A stretch of 64,000 bases of DNA. Origin: Azolla caroliniana (lineage: Eukaryota; Plantae; Polypodiophyta). Made by a program: the position numbers and the translations under genes. The notes under the pieces are model-generated. The model ran no database searches. It was not told the origin of the DNA and was given only the letters and a program-made list of their open reading frames with translations. The stretch lies in the NCBI GenBank assembly GCA_043228905.1, contig JBHGNT010000021.1, forward strand, positions 5,580,001 to 5,644,000, in the 5' to 3' direction. Every line of letters starts with the position of its first letter. The stretch's first letter is position 1. Below, piece after piece: positions 1 through 13,900 of the stretch.

Positions 1-3000
1 GCATGTATCAACCATTACGAAGAATTGGGTCTCCGTCGGCCAAATTGTTGAGCAAGGGATGCAAGTATGATTTAATCAAGGTGGTTGCTTCATCGAAAAA
101 GAAGGCCGACTCATCGCTCACAGACAAAGAAAGGGCCGAATGTTCATTCTCGACTTGCACGAGATGAAATCGGCCATGTTCGCAAAGGGCACGAAAGCCG
201 ATTCCGACATAGAGTTATGGCACAAGCAGATTGGCCATAACAACCTCCAAAAGCTCAAGGCAATGCAATCAAAAGGAATCGTCATCGGGCTCCCGACATT
301 AAAGGAGAAAGAGATTGAAGGTGTGTGTGCCGCTTGCCAATTCGGCAAGCAACATCGGCACCCATTTTTTAAGGAGAGGAACGTGAGCAAAGGCGTACTC
401 GACGTAATTCATTCCAATGTATGGGGTCCGACTCAGACGACTACATTCGGCGGATGCCGATACTACGTGACCTTCATCGATGACTTCTCCAAGCACACTT
501 GGATCTACCCCATGCGGCAAAAGAGAGAACTATTCGGACACTTCCAAAAATTTAAGAATGAAGTCGAGAAAGCCACGGGCCAACATGTACGATGCCTTCG
601 ATCAGATGGAGGCAAGGAATATTTCTTGAATGAGTTTATGGCATATCTACGGAAAGAAGGAATTCAGTGAGAGTTTTCATGTCGACATATGCCACAACAA
701 AACGGAGTGGTCGAATGAAAGAATCGGCACATCCTTGAAGTAGCACGGGCCATGATGAACGAAAAGCACATGCCAAAGTCGTACTGGGTAGAAGCGGTTA
801 ACACAGTTGTATACCTCATGAATCGGTGTACGACATCGGGTGTGCACAAACTTACTCCGCACAAGGAGTTTTTTGGAAAGAAACCGAACCTATCACATGT
901 TTAGATATTTGGCTCTATTGCATACGTGCACATCCCCAACAAGAAGCGCCAAAAGCTTGACCCGAAGTCGGAGAAATGTATCCTCGTAGGATACTCATTG
1001 GAGCAAAAGGGGTACAAGTGATATAACCCCTCAACTCGAAAATCTCAAGTAAGTCGAGACGTCATTTTCGACGAGTCCGCATCTTGGTAGCACCAGAGAC
1101 AACTTCGACTTTGATTCCACTCGACCTGGAATCCGCCGAAATAGAGATAGAAGCTGAAGATCGGCTCACACGCATGTTCGAAGAAAGCCCAATTACGACA
1201 AGGCTTAGTGGGCCACAAGTGCCCCGAGTGGTCAAAGCACATCTCGGCTGAGTCTGAAGCTAGACAAAGGGAAGGCGAAAATGCCGAAGTATGAAGACGA
1301 TCACTTCGACGGCAAAGAATCGACTCACTCTCTCGATAGTGAGTTCGAAGGCCTTGACATCCGGACAAATGGAGTGAAGAAACCCTTAGTATCCACAAAC
1401 GAGAAGCTCCGCTGATCCACCTGTGAAAAGAACCCCGTAAGCCGATTCGGCTACAATGATTATATAGTGTACCATTACGCCTTTATGATGAAGGTAGCAA
1501 TAGTACGGGAGCTAGAAACCTTTTCCAAAGCCGTGAAGGACCCGTGATGGGTCGAAGCAATGAACAAGGAGATACAGGCACTTTGCAAGAACAAAACATG
1601 GGATTCCGTTCCCCACTCACCGCACAAGATCTACAAGGTGAAGTATAATGCTGATGGCTCCGTAAACCGCTACAAAGCTCCATGGAGTCGTCTATGAAGA
1701 AACATTTGCCTCGGGGGCAAAGATGACGACTATCCGGACCGTAATTCCACTCGCAGCGGCGAAAGGGTGGCACCTCCATCAGATGGACGTAAAGAACACC
1801 TTTCTTCAAGGAGAATTAGAAGAGGAGGTGTACATGGTACAACCACCCGGCTTCGAATCCAACATTCATCCGAAAGCCGTATGCCAACTCAAGAAGCCAC
1901 TCCATTGCCTCAAGCAAGCACTGTGTGCTTGGCATTCCAAGATTACGCAATATCTTCATCAAATCGGCTTTTGAATGTCAAAATATGACAACTCCCTCTA
2001 CGTACGAAACAACTCTAGAAGCTCGATTGTCATCATCCTATACATGGATGATCTGGTGATTGGAGGTGAGCATTTAGTCGACATCAACAAGGTGAAGTCC
2101 CTCCTCTCCAACAAATTCGAGATGACGGACATGAAGGAACTTCATTACTTCCTGGGCATCGAAGTAATTCGTATTCCGACCAGCATTATGAACTCTCAAC
2201 GACACTACATTCTCAACTTATTATACAAGTTCGGGATGGCTGAGTGCAAATCTATGGCAGCCCCTCTCGATCGAAACCTCAACCTAGATGTCGACTCCGG
2301 CACAGGCGAGTGCGAGCCAACTCAATATCGACAATTGATCGGGAGCCTCATCTATCTCACGATCACTCGACCCGACCTCAACTATCCGGTCGGCCTCATT
2401 AGCCAATTCATGCACACTTCGCGCGATATCCATTTCGATTGTGCTAAACGAGCATTACGATACGCGAGTGGCACAATGGACTACGACATCCTCTACACAT
2501 CGGCCACACCAATTCGACTCGAAGGGTACACGGATGCCAATTGGGCCGACTACAGAGTTGATCAACGATCGACCTCCGGATTTGTCTTCTCGCTCGGTAG
2601 CGGAGCAATATCTTGGAGTAGTAAGAAGCAACCTACCGTCGCACTTTCGAGTACGGAGGCCGAATACAGGGGCGTCGTCGTAGCTGCATGTGAAGTCGTA
2701 TGGTTCAAGAGGATTTTGAAGGATCTGGGCGTTCCCATCAAGGATCCGACACCCATTTACTGCGACAACATGAGCAATATATATCTGGCTCGGAACCCAT
2801 TATTCCACGCACGCACAAACCATATTGAAGTGCACTACCACTTCATTCGAGAGCGTGTTCAGGCCGAAGATGTCAATCTTCTACACATCAACACGAATCT
2901 TCAGACAACCGACATCTTCCCAAGGCCCTAGGAGCCAACAAGCTTCGACAATTCATGCCAGACCTTGGATTGACAATCCCTGACTTGCCAAGCTTGAGGG

Positions 3001-3612
3001 GGAGTACAAGCGAGAACCAGATACCGTCTGAACCGGGTACGAGCTGAAGCAGATACCGGAGATCGTCCAAACCGGATACCAACCGAAGGGGAAATCAATT
3101 GAAAGGAACCGACCCGAGTTGAACTTGAGGGGGCGTGTTGAGAATCAAGCTCAACATAGTGCAACAAGGTTTAGGGTTTAGGGTTTAGGGTTTAGTGAAC
3201 ACACCTTTTGAGAATCTATGATTACCCAAAGGTCAAGAATCACACCACTACTCTCTACACATTAACTATGTGTCATAGAATATAACTAATGAGTTACATA
3301 TTCCCCATGACTATGAGTCTTCACATTCCCCAAGAGAGAGTGGTTGTTGTAGTTAGTTACTGAAGAGAGAGGGTGACTATATATAAAGCACCCTTCTCCT
3401 ACTTCATACTAAGTCGGTTGTGACTCCTTGTTATGCTACATTTTGTAAATCTTATTCTACTTGTGAAATATACACCTTCTTCTTGAGTATTCTATTTTCC
3501 TCTCATTTATCTATCTTGTGTTCCCTTTTCTCTCCTCTCCTTTTCTCTCACACATATACACACATAACACACATCTATTCCGTTGCACAAGAATCACCAT
3601 CGATTCTTTACA
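1..3612 (+). mobile_element. Degenerate Ty1/copia retrotransposon (cut by window start): GAG-pre-integrase, integrase, RT, RNase H, PPT, 3' LTR
   Basis: ORF 140-670 has WHKQIGH...CAACQFGK, YYVTFIDDFS and LRSDGGKEY (integrase). ORF 1723-1974 has LHQMDVKNTFLQGELEEEVYM. ORF 1975-2931 has LYMDD and SSTEAEY...CDNMS (RT/RNase H). INT-RT order is copia. There are stops and frameshifts. PPT TTGAGGGGGCG precedes the LTR at 3136. Confidence 0.95.
3136..3612 (+). repeat. 3' LTR of the copia element, containing (TTTAGGG)3 at 3170-3190
   Basis: Runs TGTTGAGAATCAAGCTCAAC...GATTCTTTACA. Homologous to the LTR at 60408-60831, which is followed by a tRNA-Met PBS. Confidence 0.9.
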
Positions 3613-4131
3613 TGTAGCATGGAGGACCGTAGAGGTTGGACGGAGTTTCGGGCTCGAGCCTTTGAGTCGGGGGTTGCTTGGAGTCGAAGGCTCCCCTTTT
3701 TGAAAAACTACAAATGAGAGGAAACACAACATCAAATTTACCATCAATTCAACATGGGAGAAACTCTTGTAAACATTGTGTAGGAGACATGGTACGGTTT
3801 ATGAGATAGGGCCCAACCCATGGCAAGGATTGAAATTCAGCTCTTTCAATTTTTACGATTTCAATGCTACAATGTAAACCACCAAGCCAACAGGCCAAAG
3901 AGGAACACAATGTGGGTTTGATGAACAATAGAAAGCTCGAGAGGAGGCAAATGAGAGGAGACACAATACAACATGGATGGGGGTGGGGAAAGCATGCGTT
4001 TATTTTTATTTTTATAATGAGGTTTCTCCCGATAGGAATAATGATGGTGAATCGGAGTGGCATCTTGATAAAAGAAGCAAACCCGCATGTGTATTCATTC
4101 CTCTAATATGGCAAGCAAATATCAATAGAAC

Positions 4132-4271
4132 TAACAATCGGCAACGGTTCGGGAGTGTCAAAATCAAACCAGTTTAAATCCGAACGGTTTAAAAATTTTG
4201 AAACTCGAACTGAACTGAACCGAACCAACGAAACCAGTTTTAAACCGAAACCGTTTAAACCGAACCGTTAC
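4132..4271. mobile_element. Truncated MITE (same family as 43189-43683) in the CNOT9 proximal promoter
   Basis: Starts TAACAATCGGCAACGGTTC, matching the TIR at 43189, with AAACCG/GAACCG subterminal repeats. The right TIR is incomplete. Confidence 0.7.
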
Positions 4272-4387
4272 AAAAAAATGGCATCAGATATAATCTTGTG
4301 CCTCCTCCGAGGGGAGCTATTCGAAGGAGCGTCCGTCCGGGCGGACAAAAGGTGTGAAACGGAAATCTGGCCTTAGAATGGCATTCC

Positions 4388-4416
4388 TTTCTTCTTCTTC
4401 TTCTTCTTCTTCTTCT
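4388..4416 (+). repeat. (TTC)n microsatellite upstream of the CNOT9 ATG
   Basis: Read directly from the sequence. Confidence 0.9.
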
Positions 4417-4484
4417 ACTCCCTTCGCCTTCCTCACGGTCCCTCCTCTTTACCTCCATCCCAGAAAAAGCGAAGACAGAAGGAG

Positions 4485-4591
4485 ATGGCGACTGCAGAGC
4501 AGCTCGTCTTGGAGCTCATCATACCTGAACAGCGGGAAAATGCTCTTCTTGATCTCTCCAAGGTTAGTAGTATGGTTTTTGTGTTTCGAAT

Positions 4592-4653
<62 letters not shown>

Positions 4654-7600
4654 CCGTGCCAGGACGATGTAGCTTAGTCGTTAAGATGTTCCAGAAAATC
4701 CCATAGGGTCATGAACCCAACCCATACATTTCTCAAGGGCATCTATACATTAGTGAAATCATTGAGATTTGAACCCAAGTATATCTCTAGATCATCTAGT
4801 GAATTGGTGAAAGAAGTGAGATTTGACCCAGGTATAGTGCAATTTTATCTATTAAATTTGTGGAAATAGTGAGATTTTGGCCACAGGTATATTACACAGT
4901 CATCTTGTAAATTAATGAGATTTTAAGCCAGGCATATCACAAGGTCGTCTAGTAAATTAGTGAAAAAGTGAACCCAATAAAACATTGCTTGCTACTATAG
5001 TATAGCCACAATACAACATGCGAGGGAGAGGTATGGTGACAATTTGCACTGATTGCTGTAGCAAGTGCTTTTACGCAGAAACGGGAGCTTTTTCAAGATC
5101 TAGCACCAATGCTATGGCATTCATGTGGAACAATTGCTGCGCTATTACAGGTAATGTAGCTATGTTTTGATCTTTTCTTATTGCTTTCATTCAATCTTTG
5201 TCCTTTTTATTATATTCCTTAAGGAACATTTATATTCTATATGAATTGCTTGCTAGAGATGTACCTGGTTTTCTTATAGATTTCACCTTTCTGTTTTAAA
5301 CTACCATTTTGATAAATATATTATTCTCAAGTTAAGATAAAAATAAAAGATACTATCAACAAAAACACATGGAGCTGAAAATTTAGTAATGTTTTTCTTT
5401 TTATGAATACAAATAAAAACAGGGCTCTAAACCTTATTTTTTAGAAAATGGAATTGATGATACAACTGACCTTTACTTGTTTTTTAGTCTGTGCATAGAG
5501 CATATGCATGATGTAATCCTTCAAAATCATTATCACTACTCAAAATTATGATATTACATGTACAATGAATGGTGATGATATAGATTGAGGATGGAATTGG
5601 CCTCACTATTAAACTCTTGCACAAAGATCTAGAATGAAGTGATCATTTGACAAGAAATCTGAAAAAGACACTCGTATTTTTTTCATTTATTTGCACTATG
5701 GTAGCAGACATGTGTCATATTTGACATAGCAGAACATGCAAATCTGTTGAAGTGGTTCTAATTTCCACTAGCCAAATCGTAGAAAAAAGTTTGGGTGTGC
5801 CATACAAGCAGGAAATGGCTGTTTCACATCTGGAGAACTGAACGGTGGTTTAATGCAATGGGAAAGTGGTATTTCCAAATTTCAGTTAATATATTTAGTT
5901 TTTCTTCTACACATATAATTTCAGTTAATATATTTAGTTTTTCCAAATTTTAATTTCAGAATCTTCGAAAAGCAACACTTTTCTAAACATGATTTTCCCC
6001 AAGAAAATCATTCTCTCCGTGTCCTTTCTGTACTGGCAACTCATGATTTCTCATCAATCTCTCAAATAGAGCTCTTTGTTATATAAGCAATCTAGAGCTC
6101 CACCTCATAATGTGTCCAGTAGTGAAGTATGATTGAGGATGAAGTCTTGTCTTTCGTCTTCTAATAATCACATCAGGGATTCCTTGCATTTTTGTTGTTT
6201 TCTTTAAATTGTTTGGACTTTTGACATTTTGTTGGACCAACTTGACATAGTGGTGTAAACAATTGCTTACTCTTGGTCCAAATGTCACATTGGTTTTGTC
6301 TTATGCATTTATAGATGTGAATGAGCATTACCATATGTCACTGCATAAATAGACATTTAGATGTTGTTAGAATTAGAATTTTTATCGTCCATAAAGAGGC
6401 CAATTTTGACCTATGGGACCAGAGTATACATGTGTTCTTGATATGTGTCTCCTTCCCAAAAAGGGGTATTCATACATTGAAGCACAATGTCTCTATGCAT
6501 GAATAAGGCATGCAAATATGAATTGAACCTTCTAGGTGGTGTCTTAAGTATGGCACTTATGTTGTCACTCCCTCTTAATGTCATCATATCTTGAATGAAT
6601 TGCACTATATGCCAAGCATGTGAAGAGCAAGTGACATTCATCCTCTACCATGCCTTCATTGCATACTTTACATGCCCTTAAATTCGTTACATTTTGATAC
6701 CATGATGTAACTTCAATACCTAACTTGTGAGATTGAGTGCGAATTATTGTGAGGGCTCTACGAGCATTACTACTCATATTTGTAATGAGATAAGGTTGGA
6801 TACAATCAATAGGCATTCTTGCGTTATTGAGACCAACATTCAGGGTTGACATTTGCAATGTAATATTCTAGCTTTGTCCTCTTAGCATCTTCCCATTTCA
6901 TCCTTACTGATTCCACCAACCTTTCCTCAATCATTACATAATGCATAGCATCACCCAAAAGCTCGAAAAGTTCATCCACACCCCATCTTTTGAACCATTT
7001 TCTTATGTCAACAACCCAACCGGATGAAAGAATTTTACTCTTCTGATTCTTTTGTAGATTACATCCAACATTCCAAGCAAGATGTGGTAATTGATGATTC
7101 GGCATATTCTTGGCTTTTATATTGGAACCAAGTCTGGTTGTAATAAATAATATACACATGTGTATACATCATGTGCAGGGTATTTATATATTGCTCAGTT
7201 TGCGGCCTTACCTTTTGTCATTTTTACTGTAGTGTGGATTCTGTGTAATAAGCTGTGAGAATTATAGGACATTCAAATAATTAAATTATATCTGCTGTTA
7301 TCTCTCATCATATGCAATTTTTTGCCACATTCTATCAATTTATTCTGCAGAACCACCATCTTATTGAACATCATTTGCAGGAAATAGTGTCTATCTATCC
7401 AATGCTGTCACCACCAACTTTAACTGCAGGTGCATCAAATCGTGTTTGCAATGCTTTAGCCCTTTTGCAGGTTGAATATAATTTTTCTTTTCTTTTAAAT
7501 ATCTCTTTATTGCTTGTGTTCTGAACATGCACATGTTTTCTTTCCAGTGTGTAGCATCACATTCAGAAACAAGAGCTTTTTTTTTAAATGGTAAGAACTC

Positions 7601-10600
7601 ATTTTCCTTTTCTAGCAATTTATATCCAAATTGATGGAAACCAGACATTTCATAAAATGAGTTGTATATGCTACATAAGTACAGGTTTTAGAAATATTGT
7701 GAATGAAGCTTTATGCAAAATCAGAATCTTGCAGTTATATACTAAATAGTATAATTTATTGAAAGAATCATAAATGATAACTGTCTTATGTATTATCACA
7801 TGAATTTAAAACATGCCTTAACATAGAGTCTTAGTGAAGAAAGGCAATGTAGAGTACACTGTAGCGTGACCAGAATGGATAAAGGAAGTGGAGGTAGTTT
7901 GTAACCATCACCTAGCTAGTTGGGACATCTCTTAAAATGCATTTCGAATTGGTTTTCTTGCTTTAATAAAGCCTTTGACAAGGTTATAATTTCCAGACCT
8001 TCAGATAAAAAGTGGTTGAGTAGAAGAAATCTGAAAAAAACAACACAATAGCAAAATCCAAGCAGGGGTGCAACATTAGCATTGTCTTATATGACATTGT
8101 CAGCACCCACCAATGATGAGAGGCTAGGGCTAGCTGGCATGTGAGGAGAAACTTTTGAAATATGGTATTGCTGAAAGCTCTTTTGGTATGCGAAATGAAG
8201 GCCAGCTAGAAGATTATGATTATAAACCTACAGCGTACATATTATATTATGTGTCTGATGCATCTCATGAACAATCCAGACAGCCCCCAGACAACCATTG
8301 AATATGCATGGTAATACCTGCTTGCCTTTATTGGATCACATCCCCATGTTATCACTGCTTGTAGTCATTCTCATTCACGCATGTCCCTTCAGTGGAGAAC
8401 ATTACGTTCTAAAGGTGCAATTTCATGTCTGTAGTTTTTTTTAAACCTTTCTACCATGATGCGTATTTCATGATAAAGAACATTTAATGTCTGGTATGGT
8501 AATTCATCCTATTTGCGATGATGCCCAAATAGTACCTGAATAGATCATTTCATTTGTTTACCATCCATTTACTGACATCCATGAATGCTCTATGGTCTAT
8601 GAAAACCTCCCCTTACCTCGGTATATTATCTATTATGGAAAGCTATCTCCAGATACAATTCTCTGAGTGCTGAATTTACTACATGGAATAAAGCATGCTT
8701 TTTGGGGTGTATGATAAATGAATCATCCGTGAATCTCAGAAAATGCACTTTTTAGTGATGCATCTTGTGGGTAACGGCGTCAATCAAGTTTTATGGGTAT
8801 GATCCTGATTATTGCAATCTAGTCCACATCTCACACTCCAAGAGATGATCCTGATCATGTATGAAGAGTTCAGGGAAATGTATTATGATTAAGGCAAAAA
8901 AAGGCTCTCTGAGGAACAGAAACTATCTAAAAGTCTCATATCTATATGCTCATCGTGGAAAACCTTATGACATGCTGTTTTCCAGGAGTAACCGAGATAG
9001 GTCTCCAAGCAGTCCTACTCTGAGGTTTGCCTGTCATGAGGGTATCAGTACCATGACAATCAATGTGAATGGTTTAACTTCAACCAGTCTGTGGCAAATA
9101 TGTACAAATGTATTGGGCTCATACCCAGGGAATGCAACAAAACATGATGATTGGCATCTGATGGAAGAACAATTGTCATTTTTGTCGATTGCTTCATGTA
9201 ATTGCTGAAATAAAAAACAGTAGAAAGTTTGGTCTAAATTTGAAACTTATATGATCGAAATTGGTAGCCTTTGTGCTTTTATATGTCCGCATTCTTTGCA
9301 AATTGTAATGCGTCAGTTAGATTCTTGGATTGTGGCTGATTCCAACCCTTAAGTTCTGCATTAGAGAAATGAAAAGAGTCTTATCCTGCCACCACTAGAC
9401 ACCGTTGCCATAAAAACAAATCTAAAAAAACAGTACTGGTCCTGCATCTATTCATATCTCATTCTTCACGTCCTACATAAAAATGTAGCAAATCAGCAAC
9501 AGACTTGAGGCTCCTGTTGATTCATATAAACAATATCTAAAGTTATTGGATAATTGATATTATGTTTTCAGTTTCACATTCATGAAAACATACTCCTATG
9601 TGACTGCAAAAACCTCATTTATATTTTGCTGTAGGGCTTCAATAGTGCCTTTGACCTTAACACTGAATATTTATGCATATTTGCAGTTAGCCATTTTTTA
9701 ATGTAGATTCTGGGTAGCTTGATCTGGATTCTAATAACATTATTTGTGATGTTTCTTGATTACGATACTTTGTTGTTTCTTAATTTTGATGTGTTACGTC
9801 CTGCCGAAATACGGTGCTTATAATTCTTATTGTTATCATATTTGTTTTGTTTTGACAGCACACATACCATTATATCTCTACCCATTTTTGAATACTGTCA
9901 GCAAAACAAGACCTTTTGAATATCTTCGTCTGACCAGTTTAGGAGTTATTGGTGCTCTTGTTAAGGTATAACAAAGATTTCCCATTGTCTGGAAAAGTTT
10001 TTTAAAACAGCTGGAAGTAAGATACTCACTGCGATGGTCCATTTGGCAGGTTGATGATACCGATGTGATCAATTTTCTTCTCTCCACTGAGATTATTCCT
10101 TTATGTCTTCGCACTATGGAAATGGGCAGTGAACTCTCAAAAACAGTAAGTGCAATCTGACTTTTTTGTTGCATATTTATCTCCTTCTGTTTGCATTAAT
10201 GGAGGTTATGGCATCTCTTTTGCAGGTTGCAACATTTATTGTGCAAAAGATACTTTTAGATGATGTTGGACTAGCTTATATTTGTGCCACAGCTGAGAGG
10301 TTCTTTGCAGTAGGAGCTGTCCTAGGAAGTATGGTTGCAATGCTTGCTGAACAGCCATCTGTTCGGCTGTTGAAACATATAATCCGTTGCTATCTTCGTC
10401 TATCAGATAATCCAAGGTTATTTAAACAAGACATGTATGCCTAACTATTCTTTGACATATATGAAAGTCTTATGCCACATTTATTTGTTACAGGGCATGT
10501 GAGGCTTTAAAAAATTGTCTTCCAGAGTTGCTACGAGACAGTACTTTCAGCAATTGCCTAAGAGTATAACTTTTTATCATCAAAGATGTTATTTTTATGT

Positions 10601-10815
10601 TGATGGTAAGTTGATATTGACTTCATGAGCTTAATTAACTTAATTTAATGGGCTTTATGTGACAGGAGGATGTAACGACTAGACGCTGGCTTGCTCAGCT
10701 TCTGGCTAATGTAAATGGAGGGCAAATGCATCCATCCCAAAGAGTACCAACAGGTCTCTCTGGCGCCCCTCTCTCTGCAATGGACCAACTGCTTCCAGGA
10801 CAACAAAATATGTGA
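4485..10815 (+). CDS. CNOT9: CCR4-NOT complex subunit 9 / cell differentiation protein RCD1 (CAF40), 9 exons, 298 aa
   Basis: Exons 4485-4562, 5079-5150, 7381-7470, 7548-7590, 9859-9965, 10050-10145, 10226-10416, 10494-10563 and 10666-10815. All introns are GT-AG and the total is 897 nt in frame. Translation includes [73 protein letters not shown] and [19 protein letters not shown], all hallmarks of Rcd1/NOT9. Confidence 0.97.
4594..4652 (+). repeat. (GA)n microsatellite in CNOT9 intron 1
   Basis: Read directly from the sequence, about 29 units. Confidence 0.95.
4720..4975 (+). repeat. Degenerate ~54-bp tandem repeat (~5 copies) in CNOT9 intron 1
   Basis: Recurrent unit GAGATTT(T)GAACCCAGGTATA...CATCTAGTAAATTAGTGAAA. 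Confidence 0.7.
6560..7140 (-). mobile_element. 3' fragment of an RTE/RTEX-like LINE, antisense in CNOT9 intron 2
   Basis: ORFs 6824-7159 and 6565-6858: [10 protein letters not shown]...[10 protein letters not shown]...[10 protein letters not shown]...[22 protein letters not shown], the C-terminal Cys/His motif of non-LTR ORF2. The clade call is tentative. Confidence 0.7.
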
Positions 10816-10934
10816 AATGATAGCTTTCCTACCTTTGATAAGTTGTGCTATGGTATGTTATATTCCAGGTCAACAAAATATGTGAAAGGAAAGCTTTTCT
10901 GAACTTGGATAAGTTGTGCTATGGAATGTTATAT
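10793..10934 (+). repeat. 70-bp tandem duplication spanning the CNOT9 stop codon
   Basis: TTCCAGG(A/T)CAACAAAATATGTGAAA...GATAAGTTGTGCTATGG(T/A)ATGTTATA occurs at 10793 and 10863. Confidence 0.9.
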
Positions 10935-13900
10935 CCTCTCTTGATGGTGTATAATATTGATGAACTTTGTAAATAGGTCTTGATAGAAAATACCTTATTG
11001 TTAGACAGGATTTACCTTAAAATGTCATTGACAAAGAGGTGTCTCAATGTATGACGTCCTACACTGAACTGCTTGGCATTGAATGAAAAAGCATGTCATA
11101 TTCAACCAGCAGCCAGTAATTTTTTGATAGGCTTACTACAGATATCTTCAATTGGTCTGGCTTAGTTGAAATTGTGTAGGTATAAATCCAAATCAATCTA
11201 TTCTGGAGTTACAAAAACATGAGTAGTTTTTTAACTGTTTTAAGGCTTTGATTGCTGGTTCTGGATTGAATTTTAGGGCTTTTGCTATGAAACGTTAGGT
11301 TTTGATTTGTTGCTTGTCTTTTCCAAGCCGTTTATTTTTTTTTGGATGTTTTATATTTTTGGAATCTGGCTTTCAACTAAAGAGAATATATGTGATCTAG
11401 GATATATTTGTAGCTGGGTGTCAGGTCTTGTTTTATGATTTGTTGATTTTAGAGAAAGTAATTGCTAACTTTTGGGGTTTTATTGTTAAAGCCAGTTATA
11501 TTTTTTGGGGGTTGAAGTTTTTGCACTGAATTAGGCTATGCAATTTAGACTTGGTGGAGTTAGTCTGGATTTAGGCAATTACTGTTACTGTTTCTTATAG
11601 GGTTTATAATTGAATATTTTCAGTGTTCTAAAGATCTCTTCTAGTTGACAGGAGAGAAGTTGGTGTATCCAGAGCAACCATAAATACCACATCCGATATT
11701 TTTTGCAGCTTTTTTTAAAAACACCAAATAACTCTTTCCAAGCTATAAATTGTGTTGTTTTTCCTTTTCTAATTAGTGTGGTTACTAATGATCATATTTT
11801 ATAAATAAAATGAATGGGCCATCCAGTTTAGTTTATTCTAGCCTGTGGAAATTGTGCATGTGTCAATTTTTAAGATCAGGGACCCTTAACAATGATAGTG
11901 TTTAAAAATTCTGCTTACAAATATATTTCTGGGTGTTCGTATGGTGGTAATTGAAATTGTGGCTGCCTTTTGACATATTATGATAAATTTAACAAACCCT
12001 ACTTCATACATTTAGGATTAGTGATGGAGTTATATATTACAGCACAATTCCATGATGTACATGATAGATGCAAGCCAAATCAACATTAACCAACTATAGG
12101 TGTGTATGTTTTTAACTTGAAAAACCTTATGTTTTTTAGACATGAAAAACCCAGTCTCTTTGGCTAACATAATTGTATATCTATGATCACAGCAATCCGT
12201 CACATAGTAGCAGTATCAATATTAGTGAGAAACAAAAGAGAACAAGGTGCCATTTTCACACATCTATGTGCGTGTGTAGATAGGTAGTTTCTTATTATAA
12301 TCCTTCTAGTTTAAGTTTAAATTTGAGACCTAAAATTTGTCATATGAGTTTGAAAGGATGGATTCCTCTATTACTTGTGTTAGTGTTTAAAAAAAGAAGT
12401 CCACGTCTACTGAAAAGGTAATCTAATTCATGTACCCTCTCAAAAATCACGAATCTCATGCTCTTTAATTGATATAGTACTATAAAGAGATGGTACATTA
12501 TGAGATGGAGAATTATGATGTTTGATTAGTCAATGTGAGATTATCACAATACTAAATTAATATTTCTCTATTTTTGTTTAAAAGGTATTTTGTTCATTAT
12601 TCCTTGCAATTATGACTCACTCCATAATGAGACTATGAAAAGGGTGAAACTATTGAGTGTAAAATTTTAAAATTTTGTATTTAAACCTTAATAATTTTAT
12701 AGATTCTTGCACCCAAATCACCACTTCATGTATATTGTCTTGATCTTACATCGTGCAGTTTGTGTTAATATTGATTAATTTGAAAAGAAATATCTAAAGT
12801 AAAAAAACCTTAAAACTAGGAAATTATACAGATTTTCAATAGATAATAGCTCATTCAATTTGGGGCCAAATTTTTAACTATAGATGAATTGCTCATTCAA
12901 TTCTCTAGCCTAACTTACTTTCATATTTTCCTTTCTTGTAATATGAATTGTTCTTTCAACTCTACATATACACAAAGAAACGCTTGTCAAACTAGTTGAT
13001 TTGATGTTTAAAATTCAGGTTATGAATTGATAGGAAGGTGCACCTCAGGTTTGGAGAGCACACCTACATTGAACTTTATTAAATCCCCATAGGGTTATCA
13101 GGATTTTATATAGAGCATTGTTCACCACAAAGATAAATCCCAAGACCGTGAATAATGAACTATTGTGATTAAAATTATGTGTCATTCTTTAAATCCTCCA
13201 TCTAGTTGATCCAATTGTTATTATGTGTGTGGCCTAATGATGAGGGAGGCCTTAGAGAGAGAAATTAGTGGCATTGTGTTAGATAAAGTAGAGTGTGAGT
13301 TAGAGGGAGAAAGTAGTGGATTAAAGAGTTACAACGGAGATACACTACAACATATAGAAGATGTAAAAAGTCAATCATATTCATGAATGGATTGGTGAGG
13401 TGAATATTTGCAATGAAGTGGTTGGATGGTATGGTAGGATGATCGAGGGAAGCACAAGACTATTGTTCGTAGCATGGGTTGGTGAAGACACTTGCTAGAA
13501 GGGGTTGTGTCAAAGTTGAATATCATAATAATGAAGGGGCATTACAACAAACCATCGTCATCTTCTATTGAAAGCAACAATGTCAATTTTTAAAGGTCAT
13601 CATTGCACTAAAATTCATGAAGCGGATAATTGGTTGTAGTGTTATTTATGTTGATGCCCCACAGGTCCAACACCTCACAAAACGCCAAAATGTTTCCATG
13701 GTCTTCAATGGCTAGGTTCAATTTTTGCTAAATCCCAAATAATGTAGACCCCTTAGGTAAGCCGCAAATGTTGGTTAGAATGCCCTAGACAAACCTATGA
13801 CAAGATGTTGGTTCATCATACAAATGTACATTAGTAGAGGCAATCAACAGTGATAGAGTTTATAGGTATTGCTTCAATATTGTTGAGGATTCAAGAATAT

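Noticed and set aside
2993-3135. Two PPT-like CTTGAGGGGG motifs ~130 bp apart
   Set aside because: Only the second abuts the LTR, and there is no evidence the first is functional.
4354-4677. 107-aa ORF with poly-Ser and (ER)n
   Set aside because: It is a translation of microsatellites across the CNOT9 exon 1/intron 1 boundary.
7900-9210. Possible nested gene in CNOT9 intron 4 (ORF 8861-9208)
   Set aside because: I recognise no domain, and neighbouring frames are broken by stops. It may be a decayed insertion and needs BLASTX.
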